This document shows, one piece after another, positions 47,646 to 59,146 of a stretch of 64,000 nt of DNA (position 1 is the stretch's first letter; the number at the start of each line of letters is the position of its first letter). The notes under the pieces were generated by a model, which saw only the letters and a list, made by a program, of their open reading frames with translations, was not told where the DNA came from and searched no databases. This stretch comes from Myxococcota bacterium (GTDB lineage Bacteria; Myxococcota_A; UBA9160; SZUA-336). The position numbers were made by a program, and so were the translations under genes. The stretch lies in the NCBI GenBank assembly GCA_046754285.1, contig JBHHVJ010000008.1, positions 20,659-84,658 of the forward strand. Direction: 5' to 3'.

Positions 47646-48483
47646 CCGCGAGCCAACTCAGCGTGCCCTCTGTGGCCGAGCCCGCCAGCCAGGTCCCGAA
47701 CGGGGTCTCGACCGCATCCCCGCCCTCGGCTTCGCCGGATGCAACGACGAGCGGCTCGCCCGGCCGCAGCACGACGCGTGCCGGCGCTCCGGTCAGGCGG
47801 ACGCCGCCCACCCTGTTCGGTGCCTCGACCACCGCCGCGATCTCGAGTTCGATGCGCCCGCCCGCCAGGCTGCGGGGTCGAACCCGCAGACCGGTCCGGA
47901 GAGGAGGGGAGGGGATGGTGTCCAAGCTCTGGAGCTTCGCGTCGAGCCCCAGGGTCGTAAGCAGCTCGACCGGGAGCACCGTACCGGTCCAGAAGGTCGC
48001 GCGGCTGCCCTCGAGCAGGGTACGGGTCTCGTCGACCTGCCTCGCTTGGGAGCTGGCCAGGCGCCCGAAGATCACCCCCAAGCCCGGCTCCGCCGCGTGC
48101 GGGGCGATCCGGCCGATGCGCAGCGGGCCGGTGTCGAGCCAGCCCCCGATCTCGACGCCTCGCCCCCAGAGCTCCTGATGGCTCGTTCGGCGCAGCTCGA
48201 TCCGGAAGGGCTCCGGTGGCCGATCGAGGCGGCGCAGCGCGGCTCGGGTGCGGTCCAGGGCGTCCCGCGACCCCCGCAGTACCAAGGCGCCGCTGCGCGG
48301 ATCGGCGAGCGCAGCGCCCTCTGGGGCCAGCAGACCCTCCGCGAGCTCCTCCAACTCCTCCGGCGGGCGGTGCCGCGGATGGTAGAGCTCGATCTCGACG
48401 GCCGGGACTGTCCCGGGCGTGAGAACGAGGAGGGCCAGCACGAGCCCTGCGGCCCGCCCGGCGCCGCGGCCCAGGGGGATCAT
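47614..48483 (-). CDS. Short secretin-like protein (Secretin_N/NolW-like domain + reduced beta domain)
   Basis: Signal peptide; YHPRHRPPEEL...ADPRSGALVLRG...LRRLDRPP; start at 48483 inferred. Confidence 0.6.
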   Translation of the reverse strand: MIPLGRGAGRAAGLVLALLVLTPGTVPAVEIELYHPRHRPPEELEELAEGLLAPEGAALADPRSGALVLRGSRDALDRTRAALRRLDRPPEPFRIELRRTSHQELWGRGVEIGGWLDTGPLRIGRIAPHAAEPGLGVIFGRLASSQARQVDETRTLLEGSRATFWTGTVLPVELLTTLGLDAKLQSLDTIPSPPLRTGLRVRPRSLAGGRIELEIAAVVEAPNRVGGVRLTGAPARVVLRPGEPLVVASGEAEGGDAVETPFGTWLAGSATEGTLSWLAVRREGSDPRP

Positions 48484-48515
48484 CGCCCCCCCCATCGGCC
48501 GTGCGGGAGGCGGGC

Positions 48516-48543
48516 TTGACACAGGCACTCCGGACCTTAGGCT
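48516..48543 (+). promoter_or_regulatory. Putative sigma70-type promoter of groESL, overlapping a CIRCE-like half site
   Basis: TTGACA-N16-TAGGCT; GCACTC in the spacer. Confidence 0.5.
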
Positions 48544-48576
48544 GCGACAACCCGTGCTGCACAGGAGGGAGACCCG

Positions 48577-48870
48577 ATGGCGATCAAGGTGCGCCCGCTT
48601 CACAACCGCTTGATCGTGAGGCGGCTCGAAGAGGACGAGAAGACCGCGGGCGGGATCATCATCCCCGACACGGCCAAGGAGAAGCCCTCTCAGGGCCGGG
48701 TCGAGGCCGTCGGGCCCGGTCGGCGGGATGAGAAGGGCCAGATGATCTCGATGGACGTCCACAAGGGGGATCGCGTGCTCTTCTCCAAGTATGCCGGATC
48801 AGACGTGCGTCTGGACGGCGACGACTACCTGATCATTTCCGAGGACGACGTCCTCGCCATCCTGGAGTAA
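48577..48870 (+). CDS. groES: Co-chaperonin GroES
   Basis: [33 protein letters not shown]. Confidence 0.98.
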   Translation: MAIKVRPLHNRLIVRRLEEDEKTAGGIIIPDTAKEKPSQGRVEAVGPGRRDEKGQMISMDVHKGDRVLFSKYAGSDVRLDGDDYLIISEDDVLAILE

Positions 48871-48873
48871 GAG

Positions 48874-50514
<1,641 letters not shown>

Positions 50515-50659
50515 CCGCCAACGCGCTCGGCGAGCGCTCGGGACGACGAGGCCACGCACACGGCGGCGTGCTCACTCGCGGAACGCGTTGTAGGCTGGAG
50601 AACTTCCTTGCCAAGCTGCGCACGTGTCGCGTAGGCTCTCCGTCTCGGGGCGTTCCACG

Positions 50660-51492
50660 ATGCGTGTCCTCGCCTCCCTCGCATTCTTCCTCCTCCTCGC
50701 ACCGCCTGCTGGGGCGGGTCCGATCTGCGGCCCGGGCGGCCTCGAGCTCACGGTCGACGATGCCGCTCCCCTGCAGGACGTTCTGCCCGGTGGTGGCGTC
50801 TGCCTGACGGCGTCCGGAAGCTGCACGCTCTACGCGGCGCTCGTCGAGGCCAACGCATACGCGGGCTGCGATCGGATCCACCTGCCCGCAGGTCTCTACC
50901 TGGTTCTCCCGGGTCAGCTCGAGATTCGCGACGATCTCGAGCTGATCGGGGCTGGCGCGGACCAGGTGGTGATCGACGCCCAGTACGGCCAGATCGATCC
51001 GAACTGCATCCCGGTCACGGCCCTGCCACCGCCGGGCACCGATCCTCCGATCTGTCCCCCTCAGGATTCCCTGCTCGGCTTCGGGCCCTCCCCGACCATC
51101 GACGTCGACGCGTCCGTTCGCGCGCTGATCCAAGGCGTAACGATCCAGCGCGGCGTCAGCGGCTGGGGCGGCGGGATCCGCAACGCCGGCCCCCTCATCG
51201 TGGCCGAGAACGTGATTCAGAGGTGAGGCCTCGCATCACGATCGTGCGCTCGAGCTTCGAGGAGAACAGAGCCCACAACACCGGGGGCGCGCTCCACGTG
51301 AACGGGCATGTCGAGATCTCGGACAGCACCTTCAGCGGCAACGTCGCTGCGGGGGCGGACCCGGTGGCGCTCTTGCTCACGATCGGTTCGCGTGTCTTCT
51401 GCGCGGAGTACGGAGGCGAGGTGAGCTTCCGGGCAGGTTCGACCTTCCGAGCCCGCCGCGTGCCCCCTCCCGCGGGGGTGCCGAACTTCTGA
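50660..51492 (+). pseudogene. Probable truncated/split CSLREA-type beta-helix exported protein (ORFs 50660-51226 and 51223-51492)
   Basis: Signal peptide, CTLYAALVEAN (CSLREA-like), GGGIRNAG; the second frame continues with NRAHNTGGAL, ISDSTFSGNVA and then loses similarity. Confidence 0.55.
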
Positions 51493-51576
51493 GCGCATCG
51501 GAACCCGATCGCTGAGGCGCTCCGAGCGCTGCCGATCGCTCCGCGCCGCCCGACTTCGGCCCCGCGCTCCGGGATG

Positions 51577-51834
51577 CTACGAGGCGGCGAAGAAGAGGAA
51601 CGCGCTGACGCCCACGATCAGAGCGGCAAGGGCCACGCCCAGGACCCGGCTGCGCGCAGCGGTCAGTCCGGCCTCGTCCAGCAGACCGGCCTTTGCGAGC
51701 TCCATCGCCACGAGGACATCGGGTAGGCCGAGCGTCGGGTTCTGCGCTCTCTGCGTCCGGATCAGGGCGTCGAGCTCGCGCGAGAGGGCCTCTGCCTGAG
51801 CGGAGGGATTCGCGAAGGTCGTGGGCGTGTACAC
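51577..51834 (-). CDS. Small hypothetical protein with a C-terminal transmembrane helix
   Basis: VYTPTTFANPS...VLGVALAALIVGVSAFLFFAAS; GTG start inferred. Confidence 0.5.
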   Translation of the reverse strand: MYTPTTFANPSAQAEALSRELDALIRTQRAQNPTLGLPDVLVAMELAKAGLLDEAGLTAARSRVLGVALAALIVGVSAFLFFAAS

Positions 51835-51958
51835 ACACTGCTGTTCGGATGACCGGCTCTCCCGCTTGAGACCCCGCCGCTGCCTACGCTCCTTTCGTGC
51901 GGCTCGAATCGCCGGGGCGCGCGGAGACGCTTCGCTCGGCTGCGGGGTCGGGCCCCTC

Positions 51959-53260
51959 TCAGGGGGCCCGGTGGCGTCGAGCCGCCGCGCGGGAGGGCGC
52001 GCGGGCCAGTGAGTCGGCGGCGTCGGCGACCTTGCGAACCGCACGGGCGATCTCGTCGACGAGCTCGGGGACGTCCTCGTGCAGGCTCGACTTGATCTGC
52101 CACTCGCGGGTGCAGAGCTCCTCGGCCACCGGGCAATCGCCCGGACCGTACTCCGGTGGGTCGTCCAGCAGAGACCATGGGTAGCCACGGCCCAGCCAGT
52201 CGTGCTCCCGAACCCGCGGCCGAAGATGGAGGGGGACGCGCACGTAGGGCTCCGCGCTCACGCCCTCCGCCTCGAGCGCCTCGCAGAAGAGGTCGCGATC
52301 GATCGGCAGCACGCCCGGGACGTAGAGGAACGGCACGTGGTAGAAGGCGTGGCGCGAGCCGCTGCCCGGGGCGGGAAGCTCCGGACTTTCCAGGAAGGGA
52401 AGGTCCCGCAACGCCTCGTAGAGACGCTGCGCGTTGCGGCCGCGTGCCTCCGTCCAGGCATCGAGCCGGTCGAGCCCGGCGTTTGCGATCGCCGCGGCCG
52501 CGGTGTGCATGCGAAAGTTGAAGGCGAGCGAGTCGATTCGACGACGGAACTCGTCGAGCTGGAGTTCCGCCACGAGTCGCGCCGGGTGCGTGCCCAGGCT
52601 CATGGCGCGCTCGTAGCTGTTACGATCGTCACAGAGCAGGATTCCCCCCTCCCCCCCCGTCAGATTCTTGCTTGCCTGAAGGCTGAACGCGCCGAACTCC
52701 CCGAGCGAGCCGAGGCGTCTCCCTCGATGGACTCCGCCGGCCGCCTGGGCACAGTCCTCGATCAGCGCCAGGCCGCTCGAGCGCGTGACCTCGAGCAGCG
52801 CGTCCATGCGGGCGGGCTGCCCGAAGAGGTGCACGACCACGACGGCCCGTGTGCGCCGGCCGATCCGCTCTCGGACCGAGGCGGGGTCAAGGGTGAAGCT
52901 CCGGGGCTCCACGTCGGCGAAGATCGGGATCGCGCCACACTGGAGCACGCACGCCACCGAGGCCCCCCAGGTGAAGGGCGAGACGATGACCTCGTCGCCG
53001 GGCTGCACGCCGGCCCCGTGCACCGAGAGCATGAGTGCAGCTGTGCCTCCGTTGGTCGCCAGTGCGAAGCGACGCTCGTGGAGCTGTGCGAAGCGGCGCT
53101 CGAAGTGCCCCTGGATGCCCGTCGCGCCGACCGGACAGAGTGGCTCCTCGCGCAGCACGCGCACGACCTCGTCGATCACCTCGGCATCGATCGGCGGCCA
53201 CGTCGGGAAGGGACGGGTGATCGCCTTGGGGCCGCCCAGGAGCGCAGGCCGTTCGTGCAT
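51959..53260 (-). CDS. DegT/DnrJ/EryC1/StrS PLP-dependent aminotransferase (intact)
   Basis: NGGTAAL, PGDEVIV, VHLFGQPA, IEDCAQA, FSLQASKNLTGGEGG. Confidence 0.92.
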   Translation of the reverse strand: MHERPALLGGPKAITRPFPTWPPIDAEVIDEVVRVLREEPLCPVGATGIQGHFERRFAQLHERRFALATNGGTAALMLSVHGAGVQPGDEVIVSPFTWGASVACVLQCGAIPIFADVEPRSFTLDPASVRERIGRRTRAVVVVHLFGQPARMDALLEVTRSSGLALIEDCAQAAGGVHRGRRLGSLGEFGAFSLQASKNLTGGEGGILLCDDRNSYERAMSLGTHPARLVAELQLDEFRRRIDSLAFNFRMHTAAAAIANAGLDRLDAWTEARGRNAQRLYEALRDLPFLESPELPAPGSGSRHAFYHVPFLYVPGVLPIDRDLFCEALEAEGVSAEPYVRVPLHLRPRVREHDWLGRGYPWSLLDDPPEYGPGDCPVAEELCTREWQIKSSLHEDVPELVDEIARAVRKVADAADSLARAPSRAAARRHRAP

Positions 53261-53264
53261 CGGC

Positions 53265-54125
53265 TCAGAAGATGATCGTGCGGCGCCCGTTGACGACTAC
53301 GCGATCCTCGAGGTGCGCGCGCACCGCCGCCGCGAGCGCCATGCGCTCCGCGTCCCGACCCTTCCGCACCAGGTCCCGCACGCTGTCCCGGTGTGAGCAG
53401 CCCACGACCTCCTGGGCGAGGATCGGCCCCTCGTCGAGCTCCTCGGTGGCGTAGTGCGCGGTCGCCCCGATCAGCTTGACGCCGCGCTCGAAAGCCTGCT
53501 GATAGGGCCGCGCCCCGCTGAAAGCGGGCAGGAAGCTGTGGTGGATGTTGATGATTTGCTCGGGATAGTGCGCGATGAAGTTCTCGCTCAGGACTTGCAT
53601 GTAGCGCGCGAGAACGATCACGTCGACGGAGTGCTCCGCGAGCAGTGCGAGCTCGCGCCGCTCCTGCTCCGCCTTGTTCTCCTTCGTGATCGGGAACACG
53701 TGAAAGGGAACACCGAACTGCTGCCCGGCGGACTCGTGATCGGGGTGGTTCGACAGCACGGCCACGATTTCGCACGCGAACTCACCGAGGCGGTGGCGGA
53801 GCAGGAGATCGTAGAGGCAGTGCTCGAACTTCGAGACGAAGATCGCCATGCGCTTGGGGCGATCGCTGTAGCTGATCGACCAGCGCATCTCGAAGCGACC
53901 GCACTCGATGCGCAGCAGCTCTTCGAGCGCCGCCCGTGAGATATCGAGCTCGCTCAGATCGAAGTGGATGCGCTGGAAGAAGAGCTGATCGATCGGATCG
54001 CTGTGCTGCTGGGCCTGGAGGATGTTGGCCCCGTGGTCGTAGAGAAGCTGCGAGAGCGCAGCCACGAGCCCCTTGCGATCCGGACACGAGACCAGCAGTG
54101 TGGCCCGGCCGACCTCTTCGCTCAC
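53265..54125 (-). CDS. purU: Formyltetrahydrofolate deformylase
   Basis: ACT domain CPDRKGLVA; VSKFEHCLYDLL, LARYMQVLS, NIHHSFLPAF, LDEGPI. Confidence 0.96.
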   Translation of the reverse strand: MSEEVGRATLLVSCPDRKGLVAALSQLLYDHGANILQAQQHSDPIDQLFFQRIHFDLSELDISRAALEELLRIECGRFEMRWSISYSDRPKRMAIFVSKFEHCLYDLLLRHRLGEFACEIVAVLSNHPDHESAGQQFGVPFHVFPITKENKAEQERRELALLAEHSVDVIVLARYMQVLSENFIAHYPEQIINIHHSFLPAFSGARPYQQAFERGVKLIGATAHYATEELDEGPILAQEVVGCSHRDSVRDLVRKGRDAERMALAAAVRAHLEDRVVVNGRRTIIF

Positions 54126-55003
54126 CGGCCCACTCCGTCGAGCTGCTGAAGCACCCAGATGCAGGCCTGCCGCGCCGTGCGTCCGCTCCGACTGCTTCGC
54201 TCGAGCGCGAAACGCAACGCTCGCTGCTCGAGCTCGCGCTGCGGCAGGCGCTCCCAGAGTCCGAGCTGGCGCGCGTGGTGCTCCACGATCTTCAGATAGG
54301 TCTCCTGATCGAAGCCGAGGAACGGGACGAGCAGGCCGAAGCGATCGGAGAGCGAGAGCTTCTCCTCGGTCTTCTCTCCCGGGTGCAGCTCACCCCCCGG
54401 CCCGTGCGTGGCCTCCAGATTCTCCCACATCCGCTCGGGGACCAGGTAGCGCCGGTTCGACGTGGCCAGGAGCAGCACGTTCGGGGGTCGGGCTTCGACG
54501 CCGCCCTCCAGCGCCGCCTTGAGCTCGCGGTAGGCCGCATCGACACGCTCGAAGGCAAGATCGTCACAGAAGATCGCGTAGCGCTCCGGGCGCTTGCGCA
54601 GCACGCCCCAGATCCGCGGAAGATCCCGAAGCTCGTCCGGCCGGACCTCGACGAGGCGCAGGCCCGAGCGTCCAAACTCCGCGAGCAGCCCGCGCACGGC
54701 GGAGGATTTGCCCGTGCCCCGTTCGCCGTAGAGCAGTGCGTCGAGGGCGGGCTGACCCGCCGTGAAGGCGGCGAGGTTGCGGCGCAGGAGTGCGATCGAG
54801 CGATCGATCCCGATCAGCGACTCGAGCGGGTACAGGTCCGGGTACTCGATGGGTTGCAGAGATTCCGCACGCCAGCGAAACGCCCAGGTCTCGGGCGCCC
54901 GCGCCTCCGCATCGTCATGATCGATCGGTGTGAGCCGATCCTCGACGAGCCGAAGCACGCGGTCGATCCGTTTCCAGAGCCCCTGCCAGTCTCTCTCGTC
55001 CAC
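54122..55003 (-). CDS. DUF815-family AAA+ ATPase
   Basis: LLYGERGTGKSS, IFCDDLAFE, ATSNRR, EEKLSLSDRFG, RSGRTARQ; GTG start inferred. Confidence 0.88.
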   Translation of the reverse strand: MDERDWQGLWKRIDRVLRLVEDRLTPIDHDDAEARAPETWAFRWRAESLQPIEYPDLYPLESLIGIDRSIALLRRNLAAFTAGQPALDALLYGERGTGKSSAVRGLLAEFGRSGLRLVEVRPDELRDLPRIWGVLRKRPERYAIFCDDLAFERVDAAYRELKAALEGGVEARPPNVLLLATSNRRYLVPERMWENLEATHGPGGELHPGEKTEEKLSLSDRFGLLVPFLGFDQETYLKIVEHHARQLGLWERLPQRELEQRALRFALERSSRSGRTARQACIWVLQQLDGVGR

Positions 55004-55053
55004 TGCTACCGATCGCTTCCGCGGGAAGGGGGCGGGCTTGCGAGGCCCTCGGC

Positions 55054-55602
55054 TCAGAGCTTGATCTTGCGGCTGCGGCTTCCGCTGCCGCTGGGCCAGA
55101 GCCCCCCGACCAGCAGGAAGAACGCCGCGATCCCGGCGCCCGTCAGCCACTTGCGCCAGGTGTCGGCCCACACCAGGCTGCGGTTTTCCTTTTCGAGCAG
55201 CGCGTTGCGCTGCTTTAGCGTACCCAGCTCCTCGAGCGCCTCGGTCTGCGTCGCGAGCCGGGCACGCAGCTCCTCGAGCTCCGCCTGCGCGTTGTCGAGC
55301 TTTGCCCGGACCGTGGGCAGCGCGACGCTCGGCGGAGGCGCCTCGGTCGCGTAGCGTGCGGGCACCCAGCCCTCCTCGCCCTCGGGCGTGCGGACCAGAA
55401 TCCAGTCGTCACGAGCCTCGAGGCTGCGGAGCTGATCGCCGGAGCGGACGACCCGAAGGATCCGGTACTCCTGTCCCGGCCCACTCCGCATGTTCACACG
55501 GACCTCGTCGCGGATGTAGATCACCGCACCCTGCGCCACCGGCGCGGCACCGAGCATTCCGAGACCGAGCAGGCAAAGGAGCGCTGTGACACCGACCTGC
55601 AT
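55054..55602 (-). CDS. SH3 domain protein with coiled-coil and C-terminal TM (YgiM/TIGR04211-like)
   Basis: YIRDEVRVNMRSGPGQEYRI, GEEGWV, WLTGAGI. Confidence 0.85.
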   Translation of the reverse strand: MQVGVTALLCLLGLGMLGAAPVAQGAVIYIRDEVRVNMRSGPGQEYRILRVVRSGDQLRSLEARDDWILVRTPEGEEGWVPARYATEAPPPSVALPTVRAKLDNAQAELEELRARLATQTEALEELGTLKQRNALLEKENRSLVWADTWRKWLTGAGIAAFFLLVGGLWPSGSGSRSRKIKL

Positions 55603-55668
55603 ACACCGATTCTCTAGCGCTTCACAGACCGGTGTTCCAGAGCCCGCCGAGCGGGGCGAGCCTGGGGG

Positions 55669-56970
55669 TCAGAAGAAGACGCGACACCAGAGGAGGGCAA
55701 ACGCCACGCCCGCCGCGTCGGCTGCCAGGCACGCCGCCAGCGCGTGCCGGGCCGCGCGAATCTGGACGCTGCCCAGGTAGAGGGCCAGCACGTAGAACGT
55801 CGTCTCCGTGCTGCCGTTGAGCACCGAGACGAGAAATCCCACGAAGGAATCGGGGCCGTAGCGGGTCATGGTCTCGGTCATCACGCCCAAGGCGCCGCTC
55901 CCGGAGAGCGGACGAACCATCGCCATCGGCAACGCTTCGGCTGGAAAGCCCACCAGACTCGTGAGCGGCTGGAGCAGCGCGATTCCCCAGTCGAGCGCCC
56001 CGGAGGCGCGCAACATTCCGACCGCCACCAGGATCGCCACCAGAAACGGGATGATCATGACGAAGATCTGGAAGCCCTCACGTGCCCCCTCGATCAGCGC
56101 CTCGTAGACCTTCACGCGGCGCCGGAATCCGAAGAGCACAATCAGGCCCATCAGGACCGGGAGCAGCCAGTGGGAGAGGAGCTGCTTTCCGAACTCGGCC
56201 CCCTCCGGTGCGCGCGTGCACGCCCCCACGGCCGCCACCCCGATCAGCGCGAGGAAGAGGAGCAGCGGCAGCGCGCGCCACGGCGGCGAAGGGGCGGGTG
56301 CTGCCTGATCGGCGTCGAGCTCCGTCGCCGCAGGGACACCACCCGCGATTCCAGTGGGGGTCCCCGGCGCGTCCTTCTTTGCTGCGATTGGACGCGCGGG
56401 AAAGCGTCCCGCGAGCAGCTTCGCGACCAGGATTGCCACGAGCGTCGAGCCCATGGTCGCGAGCAGCGACGGGAGGATGATGCCGCTGGCGTTCTCCGCC
56501 CCCAGGCTGGCGCGGAGCGCGATCACGCCGGTCGGAAAGACCGCCACGCCCGAGGTGTTGATGGCGAGAAAGAGAACCATCGAGTCGGTCGCCACCCCCT
56601 TGTTCGGGTTGAGCCGGTCGAGCTCCTGCATGGCCTTCAGCCCGAACGGCGTGGCGGCGTTGCCCAGGCCCAGCATGTTCGCCGCGATGTTCATGATCAT
56701 TGCGCCCATCGCCGGATGATCCGCGGGGATCTCCGGGAAGAGCTTCTGCATGATCGGCGCGAGGAGGCGCGAAAGCGCGCTCAGCACGCCGGCCTCGCGC
56801 AACACGCGCATGAACCCGAGCCAGAGCGTCATCATGCCGAGCAGGCCGATCGCGATCTGTACCGCGGACTTCGCGGACTCGATCCCGGACTTGTTCACGG
56901 CCTCCATGTTTCCGGAGAACGCACCGGTCAGCACGGCGACCACGATGAGTGCGATGAAGATCGTGTTCAT
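55669..56970 (-). CDS. SpmA/SpmB fused membrane protein (nucleoside recognition/Gate domain)
   Basis: ANMLGLGNAATPFGLKAM, FLAINTS, RPLSGSG, GSTETTFYVLALY. Confidence 0.9.
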   Translation of the reverse strand: MNTIFIALIVVAVLTGAFSGNMEAVNKSGIESAKSAVQIAIGLLGMMTLWLGFMRVLREAGVLSALSRLLAPIMQKLFPEIPADHPAMGAMIMNIAANMLGLGNAATPFGLKAMQELDRLNPNKGVATDSMVLFLAINTSGVAVFPTGVIALRASLGAENASGIILPSLLATMGSTLVAILVAKLLAGRFPARPIAAKKDAPGTPTGIAGGVPAATELDADQAAPAPSPPWRALPLLLFLALIGVAAVGACTRAPEGAEFGKQLLSHWLLPVLMGLIVLFGFRRRVKVYEALIEGAREGFQIFVMIIPFLVAILVAVGMLRASGALDWGIALLQPLTSLVGFPAEALPMAMVRPLSGSGALGVMTETMTRYGPDSFVGFLVSVLNGSTETTFYVLALYLGSVQIRAARHALAACLAADAAGVAFALLWCRVFF

Positions 56971-57047
56971 GGCTGCGCGGGAACTCTAGTCGTCCCGTGC
57001 GGGTGCCGCACATCGACCCGTCTGCCCTCACGGGCGCTGCCCGTCGT

Positions 57048-57764
57048 CTAGTGGCGTGCGATGAGCCACAGGCCGATCCCGGCGAGCGCGATCCAGCTCG
57101 TCCGGCGGAAGCGCGCGGCGCTGAGTCGGCGTCCCAGCCGGCGTCCGCCCCAGACGCCCACGAGCACGAAGACCGCCCAGGCCAGCGCCTGCCGCCAGGC
57201 GGCCCCCGAGAGCATGCCGAGGCTCGAGGCCACCAGCAGACGGATGAGCGCGCTGCACACGAAGATGGCCTGCACGGTCGCGATCAGGGTCTCGGGCGGG
57301 TCGGGGCGCCGATAGACGTGCGCGACGATCGGCGGGCCGCCGGTGTTGAACATTCCCGTCAGCACGCCCGACGCGAAGCCGACGGGCAGGTCCCAGCGGG
57401 GAGAGGGCATCCCCCGCGGCCGGCGCGTGCCGAGGTGCCAGAGAGCGAAGCCGACGATCACCACGCCGAGCAGGCGGAGCAGATGGGGGCCGGGGAGCTG
57501 CCCAAGCAGGGCAAGCCCCACGCCGATCCCGACCCCCGCGCCCGGAAGAATCCGCCGAAGAGGATCCCAGGCGATCTTGCGGCGCAGCCACAGCGCGAGC
57601 CCACCGGTCTGCAGCAGACCCGTTAGGTTCACGATGCCCGCAGCCTGCCAGGGATCGAGTAGCAGGCTCAGGCCGCTCATCGCGATGATCCCAAAGCCGA
57701 AGCCCAAGAATCCCTGGGCGAGTGCGGCCACGAACAAGACGAGCGGGGCAAGCAGATCTTCCAC
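57048..57764 (-). CDS. TauE/SafE (TSUP) family membrane protein
   Basis: QGFLGFGFG, GMFNTGGPP, several TM segments. Confidence 0.85.
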   Translation of the reverse strand: MEDLLAPLVLFVAALAQGFLGFGFGIIAMSGLSLLLDPWQAAGIVNLTGLLQTGGLALWLRRKIAWDPLRRILPGAGVGIGVGLALLGQLPGPHLLRLLGVVIVGFALWHLGTRRPRGMPSPRWDLPVGFASGVLTGMFNTGGPPIVAHVYRRPDPPETLIATVQAIFVCSALIRLLVASSLGMLSGAAWRQALAWAVFVLVGVWGGRRLGRRLSAARFRRTSWIALAGIGLWLIARH

Positions 57765-57825
57765 GGGGCGAGGGTAGCGCTCCCTCGCTTGCCCCCTCGC
57801 TGCGCCCCGGGTAGGCTCGCCCGCG

Positions 57826-58437
57826 ATGGGGTTCTACGAGAAGCACGTCTTTCCGCACCTGATGGACCTCGGGATGCGACAGTTCAAGAACCTGCGCGCC
57901 CAGGCCGTCGCAGATGCACACGGCGACGTGCTCGAGATCGGCTTCGGCACGGGCCTCAACCTGCCTCACTACCCGTCGGCCGTGAAGCGGATCTTCGCGG
58001 TCGATCCGATCGACTCACTTCGGGCCCGCATCGAGCGCCGTATCGAGAGAGCCGGCTTCCCCGTTGAGCGCCTCCCACTGGCCGCCGACGGGGGCCTGCC
58101 CTTCGAGGACGATCGCTTCGACTGCGTGACGATGACTTGGACGCTCTGCTCGATCGGTGACCCCGCTGCGGCCCTCGCGGAAATGCGCCGGGTGCTGCGG
58201 CCTGGCGGACCGCTGCTCTTCATCGAGCACGGTCGCAGCGACGACGAAAGGATCGCGCGTTGGCAGCGACGCCTGAACCCGATTCAGAGGCGTATCGGGT
58301 GCGGCTGCCATCTCGATCGACCCATCGACGAGCTGATTCGCCGTGCCGGCTTCGGGATCGTCGAGCTCGACCGCTTCGTGGCCTCGAAGCGCAGCCGCAT
58401 CTTCACCGAGATGTACCGGGGCGTCGCCCGCGCCTGA
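57826..58437 (+). CDS. Class I SAM-dependent methyltransferase
   Basis: VLEIGFGTGLN, LPFEDDRFD, TLCSI, LRPGG, EHG. Confidence 0.9.
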   Translation: MGFYEKHVFPHLMDLGMRQFKNLRAQAVADAHGDVLEIGFGTGLNLPHYPSAVKRIFAVDPIDSLRARIERRIERAGFPVERLPLAADGGLPFEDDRFDCVTMTWTLCSIGDPAAALAEMRRVLRPGGPLLFIEHGRSDDERIARWQRRLNPIQRRIGCGCHLDRPIDELIRRAGFGIVELDRFVASKRSRIFTEMYRGVARA

Positions 58438-58456
58438 ACGTTGGCAGCGCTCCCCC

Positions 58457-59146
58457 TCAGCTCGGACGCTTCGGCCCGCCGGGCTCCTGCGAGATTCCGT
58501 CGAGCAGCAGGTCCGTGAGCGAGCTTGCCCAGGCCTCGACCCACGCCCGCGAAACCGTCTCCGTGCGCGGCCCCGGTCGGAGGATCGGTGCAGCGAGGAA
58601 TGCGCCCAGACCGCTTCCGGCGATCACCGCGATGAGGAAGCCCGGGTCGATCTCCCGGAGCTCGCGCGAGGCGAGGCCTCCCTCGATCAGCTCGCGAATG
58701 GCCTCCACGAGTGGAGCTCCGATCTCGGACAGCAGCTCATCGTCCGCGGGGCGCTCCGCGATCAAGAGGTGGTGCACGAGCATCTGCGCGAGGAAGGGCT
58801 CGCTCGCCAGGGTGGCGACGTACGTGTGCACTAGAGCGCGAAGCCGCTCCCGGAAGGCGCCCTCGCGGCCGCCGGCGCCTGCGATCTCGGTCCGGATTCG
58901 TTTGCCGACTTCCGTCACGAGCGCAGTGTGCAGCCCCGACTTGCTGCCGAAGTAGTAGTGCAGCAGCGCGGGATTGACTCCGGCACGATCGGCGATCTCT
59001 CGAATCGTCGCGCGCGTGACGCCGCGTTGCGCGAGCACCTCGCGGGCCACGCGGAGCAGGTAGTCTCGCGTCCGGCCGCTATCGGTTCCGACGGGTCGCC
59101 CCGGGCCCCGGCCCGCCGGCCGGTCTCCCTTGCGCGTGGGGGTCAC
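58457..59146 (-). CDS. TetR/AcrR family transcriptional regulator
   Basis: ATIREIADRAGVNPALLHYYFGSK. Confidence 0.92.
   Translation of the reverse strand: MTPTRKGDRPAGRGPGRPVGTDSGRTRDYLLRVAREVLAQRGVTRATIREIADRAGVNPALLHYYFGSKSGLHTALVTEVGKRIRTEIAGAGGREGAFRERLRALVHTYVATLASEPFLAQMLVHHLLIAERPADDELLSEIGAPLVEAIRELIEGGLASRELREIDPGFLIAVIAGSGLGAFLAAPILRPGPRTETVSRAWVEAWASSLTDLLLDGISQEPGGPKRPS

Noticed and set aside
48522-48548. Full CIRCE element before groES
   Set aside because: Only the left arm (GCACTC) matches; the right arm is too degenerate.
55669-56970. SpmAB (and the CgeB-like gene) as evidence of sporulation
   Set aside because: Both families are widespread in non-sporulating bacteria.
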